A stretch of 64,000 nt of DNA, from the NCBI GenBank assembly GCA_002633005.1, contig NMRA01000082.1, positions 845,988 through 909,987 of the forward strand, given 5' to 3'. This stretch comes from Phoronis australis. Lineage: Eukaryota; Animalia; Phoronida. Under the pieces are notes generated by a model that worked only from the letters and a program-made list of their open reading frames with translations, had not been told where the DNA came from and did no database searches. Both the position numbers and the translations under genes were made by a program. Positions 25,201-40,000 of the stretch are shown here, piece by piece (positions within the stretch are counted from its first letter, which is position 1; each line of letters opens with the position of its first letter).

Positions 25201-27900
25201 ATATTCCGCAGCAGGACTGATTCTACATCAGCACTTAACGCAGAAGTGAAAGATTGAAACGGGAAACGCGAAACTTTTGAAAAGTTGACTCTTTAGTTGT
25301 AAGTCTACGCCGGGGACAAAGGAAAACCCCGGCCTGACTGAATGGGCCTCAATTTGCTTTTTACAAAACATGGACAAAAAATGGATTTACATGTGTCTAC
25401 AGGTATGGCACTACACTAAAGACTGGTATAAAGCTTCAGATCTTGGCCACTTACAATAATATAGAAAGCATTTTTAATGTAAAGAATAAGCGAGGAACTC
25501 TCACCTCGTAATCGTGAACTAGCTCCTAGTAGGTTTCTCTGTGAAGCCCGCGACTGCAGGACACAGAATACGCCTACGCGCGGCGGGGGTTTGCGACCAC
25601 AGAACCCACGCTTTTCCGTCGCGGGAACAATTGGGAAGGAGGCGTCGGGCGGGGCCGGGTGTCCTCGCGGCCGCTCTCGAGAAGTTTCTGTCCAACGAAA
25701 TTGAATGGCAATTGCTCACTCAACATCCGGGTCCGAAATTAGCGTTTTAAGATATAGCGGTTCATGAATATAAAAGCATGCGGGATAAATTGCACTGTTA
25801 GTTCCTCTCGTTGATTGGTTATTCAAAGCGTTCCCACAATAGATTTCTGCAAATTTTAGGTAAATTCTAACTTAAAGATGCTTTTCTTAGTTAAAATAAA
25901 AATAATGAGAAGTATTTATCGGTAACCAGTTAATGTGCTCCCAAGGAACGATGTCCATGCGAACAAAGGAAAACAATTGTACTTGTAAGTTCTATGGGTG
26001 ATACGCATGTCACATGGGCATCGAATGTTAAGTAATAACTTGCGAGCTCCATTCATTGTCATTTGGTATGGGCGTAGATGTCGTTTACAGGTAATGAACT
26101 TAACACTGGCAATACAACTAGTCAATTTTTAATACGGTTCACTTAAAAAGTGGTAAATGATTACGTGCCATAGGTTGAAAAGAGATTTACGCTCAGTATT
26201 GTTGTAATATTTGAACAAAAAGTCCCTATCGTTACGACAAGAATCCTGCGTTTACGCCATCAGTGGTCGAGATTGGGCAATCGACTGGTTTGCGTACCGC
26301 GAAATCGGCCGCCATGATCAAAGACACCACGCAGTTGTAGGCAGGTACATGGCCTCTTGACGACATAGGTTATTGCTCTTTAGCTATTTAGAAACACGTT
26401 GCGGGCTACACTTTTTAATTTTTTTTTCAAAGTGTTTTAATTAATAATTTGTGAACAAAGCGCACACGTTGAGAGTTTTATGAATTTTGAAATTCAGTCA
26501 AGATGTTGATGATGATGACTGACAAGTTACGACAGAAGGGGCTACAGTAGACGCTACAATGCTGTTGTTATTAACGATGCGAGTGATTCTTGCACCCTTT
26601 TTATCACACGTTATTTTCAAATCCGTTGCCTTGTCACATCAGCTATGGAGACAGTCAAAAAGAGAATCCAAGGTCCAAATCCCACGCTGCACATGGCATA
26701 TCGCAAAGTGGTGGCAGTGAAGTTTATTCACCCAACTATACGTTCCGACGAACTGACTCCGGACGTTTATGAGATCGAATATCGTGAGGTAAGTGCATTC
26801 TATCTACGGCTAAACCGATTTAAGCCACAACTGCGGCCAATTAAAGTTTTCGCAGGACAGTGCAGTATACAATTTAAGACAGTTGACCCTAATGGCGACC
26901 GACCTATTAAGAAACTAGAAGATAGCTATGTGTTTGAACGCCTGAAATGTTCAAACATAGGCCTAGTCCATTCATCGTATCTGATCGAAGTCCAGGTATT
27001 GTTCCAGGGATCCATTTCTTGTAATCTTTCTTTGTTAACTAATTTCCGACTAACATGCCTGAGCCCCGTTCCATGAATTTGAGATCACGAAAATTAACAC
27101 CAAAATCGGTCTAAGCTATGACCGAAAATTAGCTTGTTGTGAAGTAGGCTTACGATTTCCGTACGTTTTTATAGATAACTACTGTTTACCACTACCAACA
27201 ATGAGAACTGTTAAGAAACAACATTCCGCCTTTGCGTTTTCACAATATTTTGCAATGTAATGTCTGTAAAGGCTTTGAAATTAAATATCGTCTGCTATCG
27301 CATCGAAACCCGACAAAGCACGGTAGATACCTGTGCAATGCAGTGACTTACATGTATGTACCTGCACATGTGCAGTTTGTGTTGAAGGAACAACTCGCGG
27401 AGTGCGCTGTACCTTGGCTATGTCTCCCAGTGTATGGATCTGTTCTGCTTTCATTCGATTGAGTCACGGCCTTTGTCGCATAGTCTTGTAACACGTGTCA
27501 TTTTATTCATGTCTGATGATGAGACATGAAAGGTCTACAAATGTTTCTCTCGTTTTAACCATGACCTGTCTTTAGTCTCTTGGCCGTTTAATTTTTGTGT
27601 TGCGAACTTCCGCCAAACAAACAGAGCGCCAGTTATAGTAGAAGCTGTGTTGTAATTTTAACGGATTTAAAACTCAGATGACAATCGACGGCTAAAATCA
27701 AACTGGAAGAGTTCGTATCGACACAGTACAGCACTATAGGCCTACAACGCTTTGTGGGAGAAATTGGGCGAATATTGTTAAAACGTAATAATAGTGAACA
27801 CTGTTGTTTGTTAAACAACTGTTTAGCGTATGAATGTGTGTATTTATGTATGTTTGTATGTATGTATGTATATATGCATGTGTGTGTATATGTATTTATG

Positions 27901-27931
<31 letters not shown>

Positions 27932-27960
27932 ATATGTATGTATGTATATATGTTTGTATG

Positions 27961-27991
<31 letters not shown>

Positions 27992-28017
27992 ATATGTATG
28001 TATATATGTACTGTATG

Positions 28018-28048
<31 letters not shown>

Positions 28049-31000
28049 ATAAGTATGTATGTATATATGTATGTATATATGTATGTATGTATGTATGCAT
28101 ATATGTAAGTATGTATGTATGTATATATGTATGTATGTATATATGCATGTATGTATGTATGTATGTATGTATATATGTATGTATGTATGTATATATGTAT
28201 GTATATATGTATATATGTATGTATGTATATATGTATGTATATATGTATGTATATATGTATGTATGTATGTATATATGTATGTATGTATGTATATATGTAT
28301 GTATGTATGTATATATGTATATATGTATGTATGTATGTATGTGTGTATATATGTATGTGTGTGTATATGTATGTATGTACGTATGCATGTGTGCATGCAT
28401 ACGTGCATGTATATACAATTAATATGCTGGAAGTGTAACGTGATTATTGAAAATTAGTGTTGTCTTTAAGGCATACAACACGCCACGTGTAATCCCTGCT
28501 ACAAATCCAGCGCAAGTAGGCTAAGGACTATTTAATGTGTTGCTCGTAGTCTTTCGAATCAGGCCTGATAAGAGAGATTCCACGTTCCAAACCAATGTGC
28601 CATGCTGTCTTAATTCGCAGAAATGTTTATGGATCGGCGAGAACTCAATTAAATTATTCTTTTAATTTTGTTTTAAATAGGTTGGGCGTGAACAACCGTA
28701 CCTTCTAGATAGGGCACAGTTCGCCACCATGGAAAATAAAGGAGGAACTATAGCGACAATTCCGGTTAAGCCCAATAAAGAGTATGACGTAAACGTCTTC
28801 GCTGCTTACCATTTTGGTGGTAACAAATTGCAACGTATAGCGGGCAAAGCTTCAAATACTTTGAGAGTAAAAGGTACCGATTTACTTTCAAAACCTTTGA
28901 ACTCTGACTTCTTGAGAACCACAAAACTTAAAAGGAAGACCACGTCCGCCTCGAAGATACATCACTGTCAATGACACCTCTTATTTCCAACATGTCCTAG
29001 TAATACACGATCGACTAGTCATTTACAGGATTGTTTACAAACATTGAAACATGTACATGTATGTTTTGAATTCTTCGGACAAACTATTACTGGTTGAGTT
29101 TTTTGATTTACCTAATGCATTACAGACAATAGTATAATAGTTTCAAATAAATTGGATGAATATCGGAAGAAATTGATTGGGCACTGATTAATTCCAATAG
29201 ATTTAGTCAAGTTCCTGATTCATTTTAAAGCCGTAATTACGTACTAGTCTAAACGAAGACTAGTCGTTACAATCCGTTTCTACTTTGATTTGATAATTTT
29301 TCAACGACGCCCAGTTTTAAAGCGGTAAGTAGTCTCATTCAAAATCTTTTTTTGACTGGCGATTTTACGGCTAATTTAGTAAAATGGCTCCGTGGTGACC
29401 TTCCTCAAACATGCAAAGATCTTGAAGGGGCAGTTTGTTAATAGGTTAAAAGCACAACCACGTGGCACGGTCTTACAGAATGAGAATAGGCATGGGATGA
29501 CGAATCTCAATAAATCATCAATGTCTTTTTGAATCGACGGTGCTTCCAAGGATCTTGCAGATAACGCATTTTACACACCCTGTCCCATTTTGATACTTCG
29601 AGTGTCTCAATTCATTTTTTGTTTCATTTTGGCCGCAAAATACTAAAGAAGCTGATTACCAATATGCTAAAGTTTCAAAAATGCACACGTATCATTCAAA
29701 ACATGAGAGTTTTACAGTTAATATCACGGCAATAATAATTTCGTTACAGATCAAGTAATAATATTCTCATGATAAAGTTTTATTTAAAATGATGTATGAA
29801 ACTGCTGTAACTAATGCTTTAGCGACTGGTTTGATTTACGAATTAATTTTGTGTAAATTGTTGCGTTACGTCAACCATGATATCATGTTTTGAGGTGGAC
29901 AAGGCTGCAAAGCGGCATTTTTTGGAAAAGATTGCGCAAACAAATGTCACTGTGAAGACGATAAGACGTGCAATGAAGCCAACGGAGAATGCCCTAGCGG
30001 GTGTGACAAGTACTATGACAAGGACCAGCAAGGCGCTTGTACATCTCGTAAGTATTAGTTGACCATGAACACGACAGATAACCTGAACTTTGTCAAGTTT
30101 TAGAGGAGGATAGGAATATAAAGTGGCTTTCAAAATAAAGTTGACATCGTCAAGTTCCACAAGATTTATAATTCCAACAAAAACAAAGTTAATATGACAA
30201 AAGTTCGGCTTAACTTGTAACAATAAATTGATACCGTCTGACTGAGTTCTGCCAAAGTCTGGCCATTACAATTATGTTAGGCATTTTACTTGATGGGCCT
30301 CAAAAAACGGGAAATCCTTTATTAATTAACCGGGCAATTACAAAACCTTTCCATAAGGGCAAGTAATCCACACATTTTAAATATGCCGTCTGTCTTAAGT
30401 TATAAGACTTTCAAATACTTAAACCACTGAAGGTATCTGGAGTTTTAAGCAGTTCTAGAAGGGGTGTTCACAGTTACAGAAGTTCGAGACCCACTGAAGG
30501 CTATTTACACACATTATGCCGAGGTAAATTGATTTGAAACGTTGAAAACGAAACACTTAAGAGGAATCACATTCACATGTACGTGTATATAAATGTAGCA
30601 ATATTTATTGCCTTGGAGTATCGGCAATCCAGTCACGAGGTAAATGAAATATACTGAACTGAAGTCGGGCAATCCAAAACGGGCAATCCCAGTTATTGTA
30701 CACGCAAGCAAAGGTTATCGGCTTCCAGTTATAGAGATTCGGTACCAGGTTTATGTTGACACTATAATTTTCTTAATTTGATGCAAAGAAGAACTTAGTT
30801 AAAGACGACGCTAGATTTTGTTTTTCTCTATTTGAATTATTCCAGACAAAGGTTGTCCTCCAGGATGGTGGGGAGAGAAGTGTGACCAGAAGTGTAATTG
30901 TGAAAATGACGCCAATTGTGAGAATGCTGAGACCGGCGAGTGTCCGAATGGCATATGCAAACCGCGATTTACTGGTTCCAGTTGCAGTACAAGTGAGCAA

Positions 31001-34000
31001 TCGAAACTCCGACCACACGTGATGAATATCTGTTCTACACAACAATGTTCACGTTTTTGTTTTATCTACGGGAGGGAATGTTGCTAAATTTTTCTTACAA
31101 TGAATGTACAAAGCACGTGGACAACGTTTGGAAAAATGAGGCGAATCGGTTCCGTGTAGTACATTGTGTTCTGAGAATACCCTCAGAGCGGTCGCACCGA
31201 TTCGACATTGAGCCGTAAAAAATTCCTGCACACCCAACTAGGTAAATCGTTTACTGTCATCAATACCGGTATATTCTGAGAACCTTCCTGGCCTTGACAT
31301 CTTGAAAGCATCTAGAAAATAGCCATGAATTTACTCACTGCTCCATGGAAGAATTAGATAAGTCTCGCCATTAAATTCTTATCCCTTGACGTTGGTAAGA
31401 CAGCAAATAACACATGAGAGTCTTTCCTTTTGAAACTCCAATCATAAAATAAGAAAAATGCTGAATGAAAATGGTCAAATACATGGGTCAGCTAAAAACA
31501 TTGCTTAATTGGAAGTTATTCAAGTCACGTGCTAGTAACGTGACTCGGTATTTACCTCTGTTTTCTTTTCTCGAGCCTCTGTTTGTGCATTTACCAAGAT
31601 GGTTGTATTACAAAATTACAGATATGTGGATTCGACCGAACCAGATACTCGGTGAGCTAACTAAAAAGTGTCCTGGTTATAATGATATTGCTTAACACAC
31701 GATACGCCATTAGTAATAAAAATGGAATACGGTTGAGAAAGGTTTCGTCTATTCTGAGCAAATATTGACAATTTCGTTTTTTACAGAGACTAAGTGCAAA
31801 GCACCGAAAGTTTACGGACCAGACTGCAAAACTCCATGCCACTGTTTAAACGATGCACAGTGCGACGACTACACCGGGAAATGTGATCAGTGTCCCCCTG
31901 GGTTCAGCGGAGAAAGCTGTTCGATAAGTAAGCAATAGCCGCGACGAAAATACCGATAATCGCCCGTTTTTAATGGTGTCCGTTGTGATTAGTTTTATAC
32001 AACCGTACCAATGCTGGAACGCAGTAAGGGGACAGGCGTAGTGCAGACCAGACTAATAGTGAAGGCTAAGATGAGAAAGACAGGCACTGTTCAGATTGGC
32101 AAGAAGTGTACATTTAGCCCCACCAGTTACGCAGTACCACGTGTCAGTGACATCGTATCATGGTCAACAGTTGTAGTGGCGATCTGTATAGTTTTCAACC
32201 TATCCACTATTTCTAGATATATTTTACAAATCATTCAGCTTCTTCATCATAAAGTAAAGCTAAGGTGGCTTGTCTACTTTTCTACCAAGAAGTACATTGT
32301 AAACATCGAGAGAATTCTCACATTCACAAGTAGTTTCTCTTCTTTGTGGAAACAGGCGTGGTAATTGGACCAGGTTGTCCGTGTTGAATGTATTTGAGAC
32401 ATCTTAAACTTGAATCAGACATATTAAAGCATTGTGATTTTGCACCGAATAAAAATTACAGTCTCTCCTTACGTGATTGTGCCCCAAGCATTTTTGAAAC
32501 TGAATATTATGCCCATCAAGTCTTTGGACTCGGTCTTCGTCATCAAATATAGCAAATAAAATTAGGTGGACGTAAAGGAACCAAGATCCTGTTTTCTACA
32601 AATGTTCTGGACAAAAGGGTTGGTGTCAGGGATATAAGCCTCGAACTAAAATATAGTGATACGTTATATGCGAGTACTCGTTAGGTTTAAAGTTCTTGCC
32701 AGCTGTGCTAGAGTAACACGATGGATTACAACAATGATGATTCTTGAGTCAAGTCTCCAGCTCCTCAGCTCTGTTTTTACTATTTGTAAACGAAACATAG
32801 TAGTACCACTGCCAATGGTGGCGAAAGTAATGATGTTGATGACGATGACGGTGACGATGACGATGACGACGATGCCGCAGTTATATATTGTTAAGACTCA
32901 TGTACATGTAAGAAATATGATACTCTCCACTTGGACGGTAATGATAGAGGCGATGGTGGCGATTTGCGGACACTATTGAGATTAACAAGACGACATATCC
33001 ATTGGTTTTGTCGTTGTCACAATGTACGTTGAAGTGTTGCTCGATTGCAGAAACCGATTGCATGGAAACGTTTGACTTTTATCCACCTTCGCCAGACTAT
33101 CCGTATAAAACATTCTACTGTGTGGACGGTAAGTGGCGAATTTGACGTTTGCTACTTTCTAAAATGTTACTAACATTGTCTCTTTGAGTTCCGTTGGCAT
33201 TCCGAATTTAATTGTGCAGGGTTGCGTTCTGTAGACCGCAAGACACCAGATTGTAATCATATGGCTCAGGGGTAGAATCAAGGAATTCGTCCCACAATTT
33301 GGAAACCCAACCTCACTAGACAATCACTTCGTCAGTGTCGTAATGTTAACTGTGACATGATAGTAAGCTTCTCAGTTCTTGCCCCTCTCACAATTATAGT
33401 CTACGAAAGGCTCTGTTGATCCACAGTAAAACACTGATAATGAAATAACTCTTGTTATTATTATTATTATTCATATTGTTATTATTACTATTATTATTGT
33501 TATTGTTCTTGTTTTGTTATTACTATTATTGTTATTGTTATTGATATTGTTATTATTATCATTATCGTTATTGTTATTGTTATTATTACCGAAATGGTTT
33601 CCGATTTTGCTCTGTCGTGAAGTGTCAATATTTGTCAGTAAGTAACCAGCTTCATTTTGAGGTAAAAAATTGAGCTGTGTGCTTGTTATCCGTCCACGAG
33701 ATATTAGACAAAATTACTGATAGGTCAAACGTTTGAAATGACACTGTAATTTTCAAAATAATAATTGGTGAGGTCATTTGAATTAAAAATGGCTAACTTC
33801 ACGAAATGAGTTGAGAATGGTCTCGCGCTATTGCTTTCCACCACTCATGGCTGAAAGACTGAACGGAAATTTGGTTACTTTCTGGTGGATGATAAACAAC
33901 AACCATGGTTCATTACAAATATTTTGCATGTTTGATATATTAGAGCATTCCTCAAATAGTCTTCATGCTGATGGTCGGCTAACCAATATCCGTGTGAAAT

Positions 34001-37000
34001 GAGTATTTACGCGAACACCATTACAGTTCCTTTACTCGAGGTCTCATTCAAGCTGGATGGTAAAGTCGACAACAATATGGAGTTCAACCAAAAAGTTCTC
34101 TTCCAACTGGAAAGTACACTAGGGGTCGTCCAATCCCGTATTTCTTCACTGTTAGTTAGTTCAGGTAAAGTAAACTAAAGTGCTATAAATAATACAATTA
34201 CGGTAGCTTGGAACCAAACGTTAAAGAGAACCATCATCCTACACGTTTTTACTCAGAAGCCGGAGTACGCAACCCACTATGATAGCAAAATTAAGGCCGT
34301 GATATCTTACCCTGCGCTGCACGGGATTTTTCTCAGTGTCCGTAAGTAATCATGATTTGCTCACAGGGATTCGTTCGCAGAGGATTCATTAAGAAAGATA
34401 TACATTTAGTACATGTTTTTGTGACTTTTGACGACATCAATATTAACAGTGCACATAACACTCGTGGAATACCGTGGTATACACGCAAAGAAATCCTCAC
34501 GTGCTGTGTCATGTTATATGGCATCTAGCACTATGTATTTGTAGTGGAATGAACGTTCATAGCTGTCGACCTTGTATGGTATTGAAATAAAGACTTTTAC
34601 CTGTCGGAGGCCCGGTTACTTTTGAGCACCTAGCCTAATGGTTCATCTTAGGACTTGGTCTTCGTCGGGCTCTAGTGGAGGAACTCCTGGCCACGAGGTC
34701 ACATGTGAGTGTGCCTGGCGCTTGTCGCGTGAGAGCAGGTAGTTGGAAATGTCAGGTAACTCGTATATACTGCCATTATTTATCTCTGGTTTATTCCACA
34801 CCGTTCCAACTGATTTTTGGATTTTGCGGTTACCTAACAATATCTGTAATTCCACGGTTAAATGTTATCTACGGAAGGTATATAGTGGAACCGCAAAATC
34901 CGAGAATTGGTCGAAATCATGAGTAATAAACCGAAGTCAAACATAGACAGAGGTTTTAACCTCTGGCAGGTAACTCGATAGTATTAAAATACGAGTTACC
35001 TGTCATTTAACAACGCTTCCTCTCAGGCACCAGGCGGAGTTTGATAGCCGGCCCCGCCCATAGGTGACCACGTGACCCGAACATCACTGTATTTACAAAT
35101 GACTGTATGCATTTACACGTACATATAAACAAACATATACAAGTACAACAAAAAATTAACGTGATATACGCCATTATAATTATAAGTTTCTGAATGAATG
35201 AAAATATAAATGCTAATATTGATAAACGATTCAGCTGGTTCTTCAATAGATGCAAGACGGTTGCTATTTTTGTCATTTGAAGTGCTTCACCCAAATTTGT
35301 ACTGCAGAGAAGGATGGACAACGTGTCAAGCTGTTTTTGCAACCCAACGAAACAGCTGCGGAGAAGTTGAGCTCGACCGTCTTGGCTAAATTGAAAGATT
35401 TGATTGATAACAGAAATAGCATATTGGAGTACCCACCCGGAAACAAAGTTAAAGCAAAGGCAGAAAAAATCCATTTAAAGCCAGTCTTGGAAGCGATGGA
35501 TAAAGGTTAGCAAAGATTTTACGATATTGAAATACTTACTTTAATTGGAAACGTATGTAAAACTGACGTATATTTCTAAAATTTTGCTCCTAAAGAACAA
35601 AATAATCTCCCGGTACAAGAATAAGAATTACCGGGAACCAGCAACGTGTAGATAAGGGATCACTGGAGCTCCCACCCTCCTCATCGGTCGCCATATTGTT
35701 TTTGATTTTTCCGATTCTGCAAAGTGTTTCGAAAGCGAGTTATGACTGCAAATCGCAATCTCCTATTTCGTGCTGTGTGCAAAGCCATCTTACAGGTATT
35801 TACATTGGATAATCCGGCATTCTTACTAAAAAAGTGCTCCAGGAGATCTCCAGGGCATCTATTCACTGTTCACTTAACTCTTGCGTCTAATTCACTGTCA
35901 GTCTATAAGAACATTTTTCTTTTGCGTCCAGCAAAAATGATCAGAATACTTGCCAACATCGACAAGCAGACCATGACAGAGGTCGAACTTACAGCTGTCG
36001 TAGACGACTTCTTTCAGAACATAAACCCCACCTTTAGCCAAGACAAGTCGAGGTACAAAAATCCATTTGTATCACCAGGTAAGTGATATATATGTACATG
36101 TATATTGTACTGTACAGCCTAGCGGTGATGTAATAGGTCCATGCCGGTTGCAATATTCCTTGAATTGCTCACCCATCGCAGTTCATTGTCCATGCTGGTT
36201 TGATCAGTATTCACGTTCACGTTCATGACTACACAAGTCGTACTAACACTACCTCCGTTGTACATTTCAATCGCATTTAACATTACATACAGCGTTTTTT
36301 ACCGCTGTACACTGTATGCATTGATAGAACTTTAATTTCGTCAGGAGAAGGCAAGTTAATTGTCGAGCTGTTTCCACCTGTAACCAAAGCAACCACATTC
36401 ACTAGCACCGTTTTGAAGCGACTACAGAAGACTTTCCACAAAGACGGTAGCCTCAAAGATGATAAAGGAAACGTCATATGTACTATAAAAGGTGGAACGG
36501 TGACGTATGACCTTGGACCGAAGGTTATTCCTGCGGGTGAAAGTGAGTCTTTCTAAAAACTGTAACGCAGGCTTACTGAAGTGATGTATTGTTGAAAATG
36601 TTTACTTTTCGGAAAATGAATTTATAATGGTCTACACCAGAGTTAGTTTCTGTTTAGTCTCTACTGTACGTGTTGGTTGCTGTTGACCAACATACTTAGA
36701 TGTGAACAATTTCGCCCCAAGGATCGATGATTTCGGGTACTGGTTTGATCTCTCCATTTGAGACGATCCAATTAACGGTTAACGTTTTTGTTGAGGATTC
36801 TATTAGTTGAGGAATGAAAGCCATCGTTCCATCATGGGCGGCGCACCATAGGGGACTAGGGGGGGGCTATATCCCCACTTTTTTCAGTGTTACGCTGCAT
36901 GGTCTACAAGCGATGAACCACAGGGGGCTGAGGGGGTTTAGCCCCCACTTTTTTCAGTGCTGCACCCCCCATGTTCATGCGTCATGCACAGTAGTTTTCA

Positions 37001-40000
37001 TATTGCAATACAAAGACTTCGAGAGAATTTTGCCAACTGAAGAACTTGGATAAACTGATTGTCAGAATTATTTTCAGTTTAGACAACTTTTATTGTTGGC
37101 GCTTTAGGTGGCGTTCATGTGCCTAGCCAATAACTTTTCATCTTTGAATGGACACATGCAGTAAGGTTGAGGTGCCTCAATTTTGAAAACGTACACAGAG
37201 CAAAAGCTTAAGTCAGGATTGAAAATGACTTTAGTGAGATATTTTGTCGCAATTTTGTGGTTCGAGATTTTTTCTAATTTTGGCGTAGTCCAGCTCCTTG
37301 TGAAAACTCCCGTATACACGTATCATTTTTGCACGCCATTTTAAGACACTGCCCTCGCAAATTATGGCCATCTTATCTCACAAATGGCTGATAGAATTTA
37401 CATGAAACTTTCAGACATAATCATCCAAAACTTTGTTAGCGATTGCTTTTGCATGATTTTTTTAAAATGAAAAATAGCAAAAAAGGATGATAATATAAAA
37501 AATTGTTTCAATGTTTGGGGGACTTCTTCCTCTACCCTTATGTTTAACAAATGTTGATTACGTAATTGGTTCCGTTGTTGCTACATGAATGTACATGTAC
37601 TATTCTCGTCACTACTTTTTGCTAAAAATACACGGTCATGTGATCTAATAAATTCAAAATTAATAAAAGGTCAAAAGCCACATTCCTCGGGTGATAATTC
37701 TCCTACATTAGTGAGGCTCTAGATAAGGGGGATAACGACTGAAAACGTGTAAAAATCTATTTTCTCTGAGACAAAATGAATAGTTTTGCAGGTACATGTA
37801 TTTGGCAAAAGGCATCGTCAAGTGGATAAATTTTTGCATGTACTTAACAAATGGGAAAGGTAGATAATTACTAAGGTAGATAATTACTATTATTTAGGAG
37901 CTTGTCATTATGCACTCTTACTGACTAAGATCTTACTTTCTGATGGCAGTCCCCGATGTGGAAGTGTCCTTCTTTGTAAAATGCAAGCTGAAAATCTCCG
38001 AGCTACCAAAAGTCTACGGCTTTATCTCCAACACCGTGCAAAGTGTAATGGGCGTCACAAAAGAGAGAATTACAAATCTGAAGTCGTCAATAAACGGAAA
38101 ACGTATGTCAGGTTTGGTGCAATACTTCCGCACTGATCCTTTATGAAGGATCTTGATATACCGTACCTTCACGGGGTCATTCAAAAGTGTCACAGTTGAA
38201 ATTGCCACTAAATTGTTCTCTAAGCAGGAGTTGTCATCTCCCCGCATAGGCTATAGAATGGCTACAGCAGCTCCTTCAGGGTCGTTTCATCAGTCGAAAG
38301 TGTGACCCAGAGTGGGCCTCACATTTACTGCACTTGAACACCCACAAGGGTTTTAAACGTCTTGTCCCAACTTACTTAAATTAAGTGCTAAGTTTAAATT
38401 GACTACTAATCGCTACAATATTAGGTCCTCATTATCATCCAACTTAAATCTTCCGAAACCCAGAAACGACACTGGGAAAAATCATTTTACTACAGCGGGC
38501 CCTATTTATGGAACACTCTCCCTGCAGATGCCAAATCTGCACCATCCTTGATAACACTTAGAAGAATTATAAGAAATAGATTTAACTTCATTTTTAGCAA
38601 ACTTACATTCAGTATCCCCATATCAGTCTATTTTTTATTCATGTGCATATATGCGTGTGTGCATGTGAGTGTATGTAGTTGTGTATTCATGTGTGTGTTT
38701 GTATTTATGTATGTATATATATGTGTGTATTTATTTATATATGTATATATGAATGTTTGTGTATGTATGTATACATGTATATATGAATTAAAAACCGGAC
38801 AATCGCCGCACAAATAAAAAAGTTCATGTTCAACTCAACGTTTCGTCTTTTCATTAAACATCATCAGGATCATATTTACAACATTTTAGGACAACAAGTG
38901 CCAACATACAGCTCAGGTAACATCCATAGAGTGAAGTGGATGTTACCTGAGCTGTATGTTGGCACTTGATTTACCACAGAGTGCCATAGTAAAATTGTCA
39001 AGATGTTAGAATATTAAGAGTATCTTTCTGATAAGGCAAACGAGCACGCACATCATTACCGATCTTTTTTCCATCTAAGCGAGGTTGAGTGTAAGCTTGG
39101 GTACAACTAAAAATAGTCTAGAATGTGGCACTAGTTCAGAAGGGACTATCAAAGGATTATGGATCAACTATTGTTTCTTTACAGTTACCTTGATGAAGTT
39201 TGTCCTTCTGAAGAAGCCCTCTTCGTCTTCGAAGTCGAGTCGTGATGCTCTTAATGCCTGGAATACTAAGGTCTACAGTGGACAACTCAAACTAAAAGAC
39301 GATTACGGAAAGGATCTTTGTGACGTATATAAGCAGGTCACCACTTGCGAAGTTTCACCACTCGTAACCGGAGTTACGGATAAAAGTGAGGTTTTGAAAA
39401 TTTTCTTAATAAAACAATTACGTGTAAGAGGTGAACGCAAGTGTTAGAGGTCACGTGCATTCGTTTTATTTGTATGTGAACATGTTCATGCGCATACGCA
39501 CCAAAGCTTTTAAAAGCTTGCTCTTTTCGTCGGCTTCACCAGAAAAAACGGAAGCAATGACCTGTTAAATGCTGGGCTGAACAATTGCCTATCAGCAATG
39601 AAATCATGCATGACAACGTTGCATTAAGGCGTCTAAGAGTGCAAAGACAATTAGACAACGTACATATGTCAATCGTCCGAAACTTACAACTATGAGTGTA
39701 CGAGACATGATTCAGTTTAAGGGTACACAACACAGTAGGGCGTCCTCGCGGATGGTTCAACGGTACTATGACGGGGAGTTTAAAGCGTCTACATGGACGG
39801 CTCACCTTAAGGGGCCAGAGGGGCTATAGCCCCCGCTTTTTTCACTGATGCGCCGCCCATGGTCTATGGGCGGTGCACCACAGAGGGTTCGGATCCATAG
39901 CCCTCACATTTTCAGTGCTGTGCCTCCCATGCGTCAGGGTAAAACTACGGCTAACGGCATATGTGTAGCCACGGACAGTCAAAAAAATAGAAACACGGCG

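Noticed and set aside
27633-28457. Long ORFs of 100-260 aa on both strands
   Set aside because: Translations of an (ATGT)n microsatellite.
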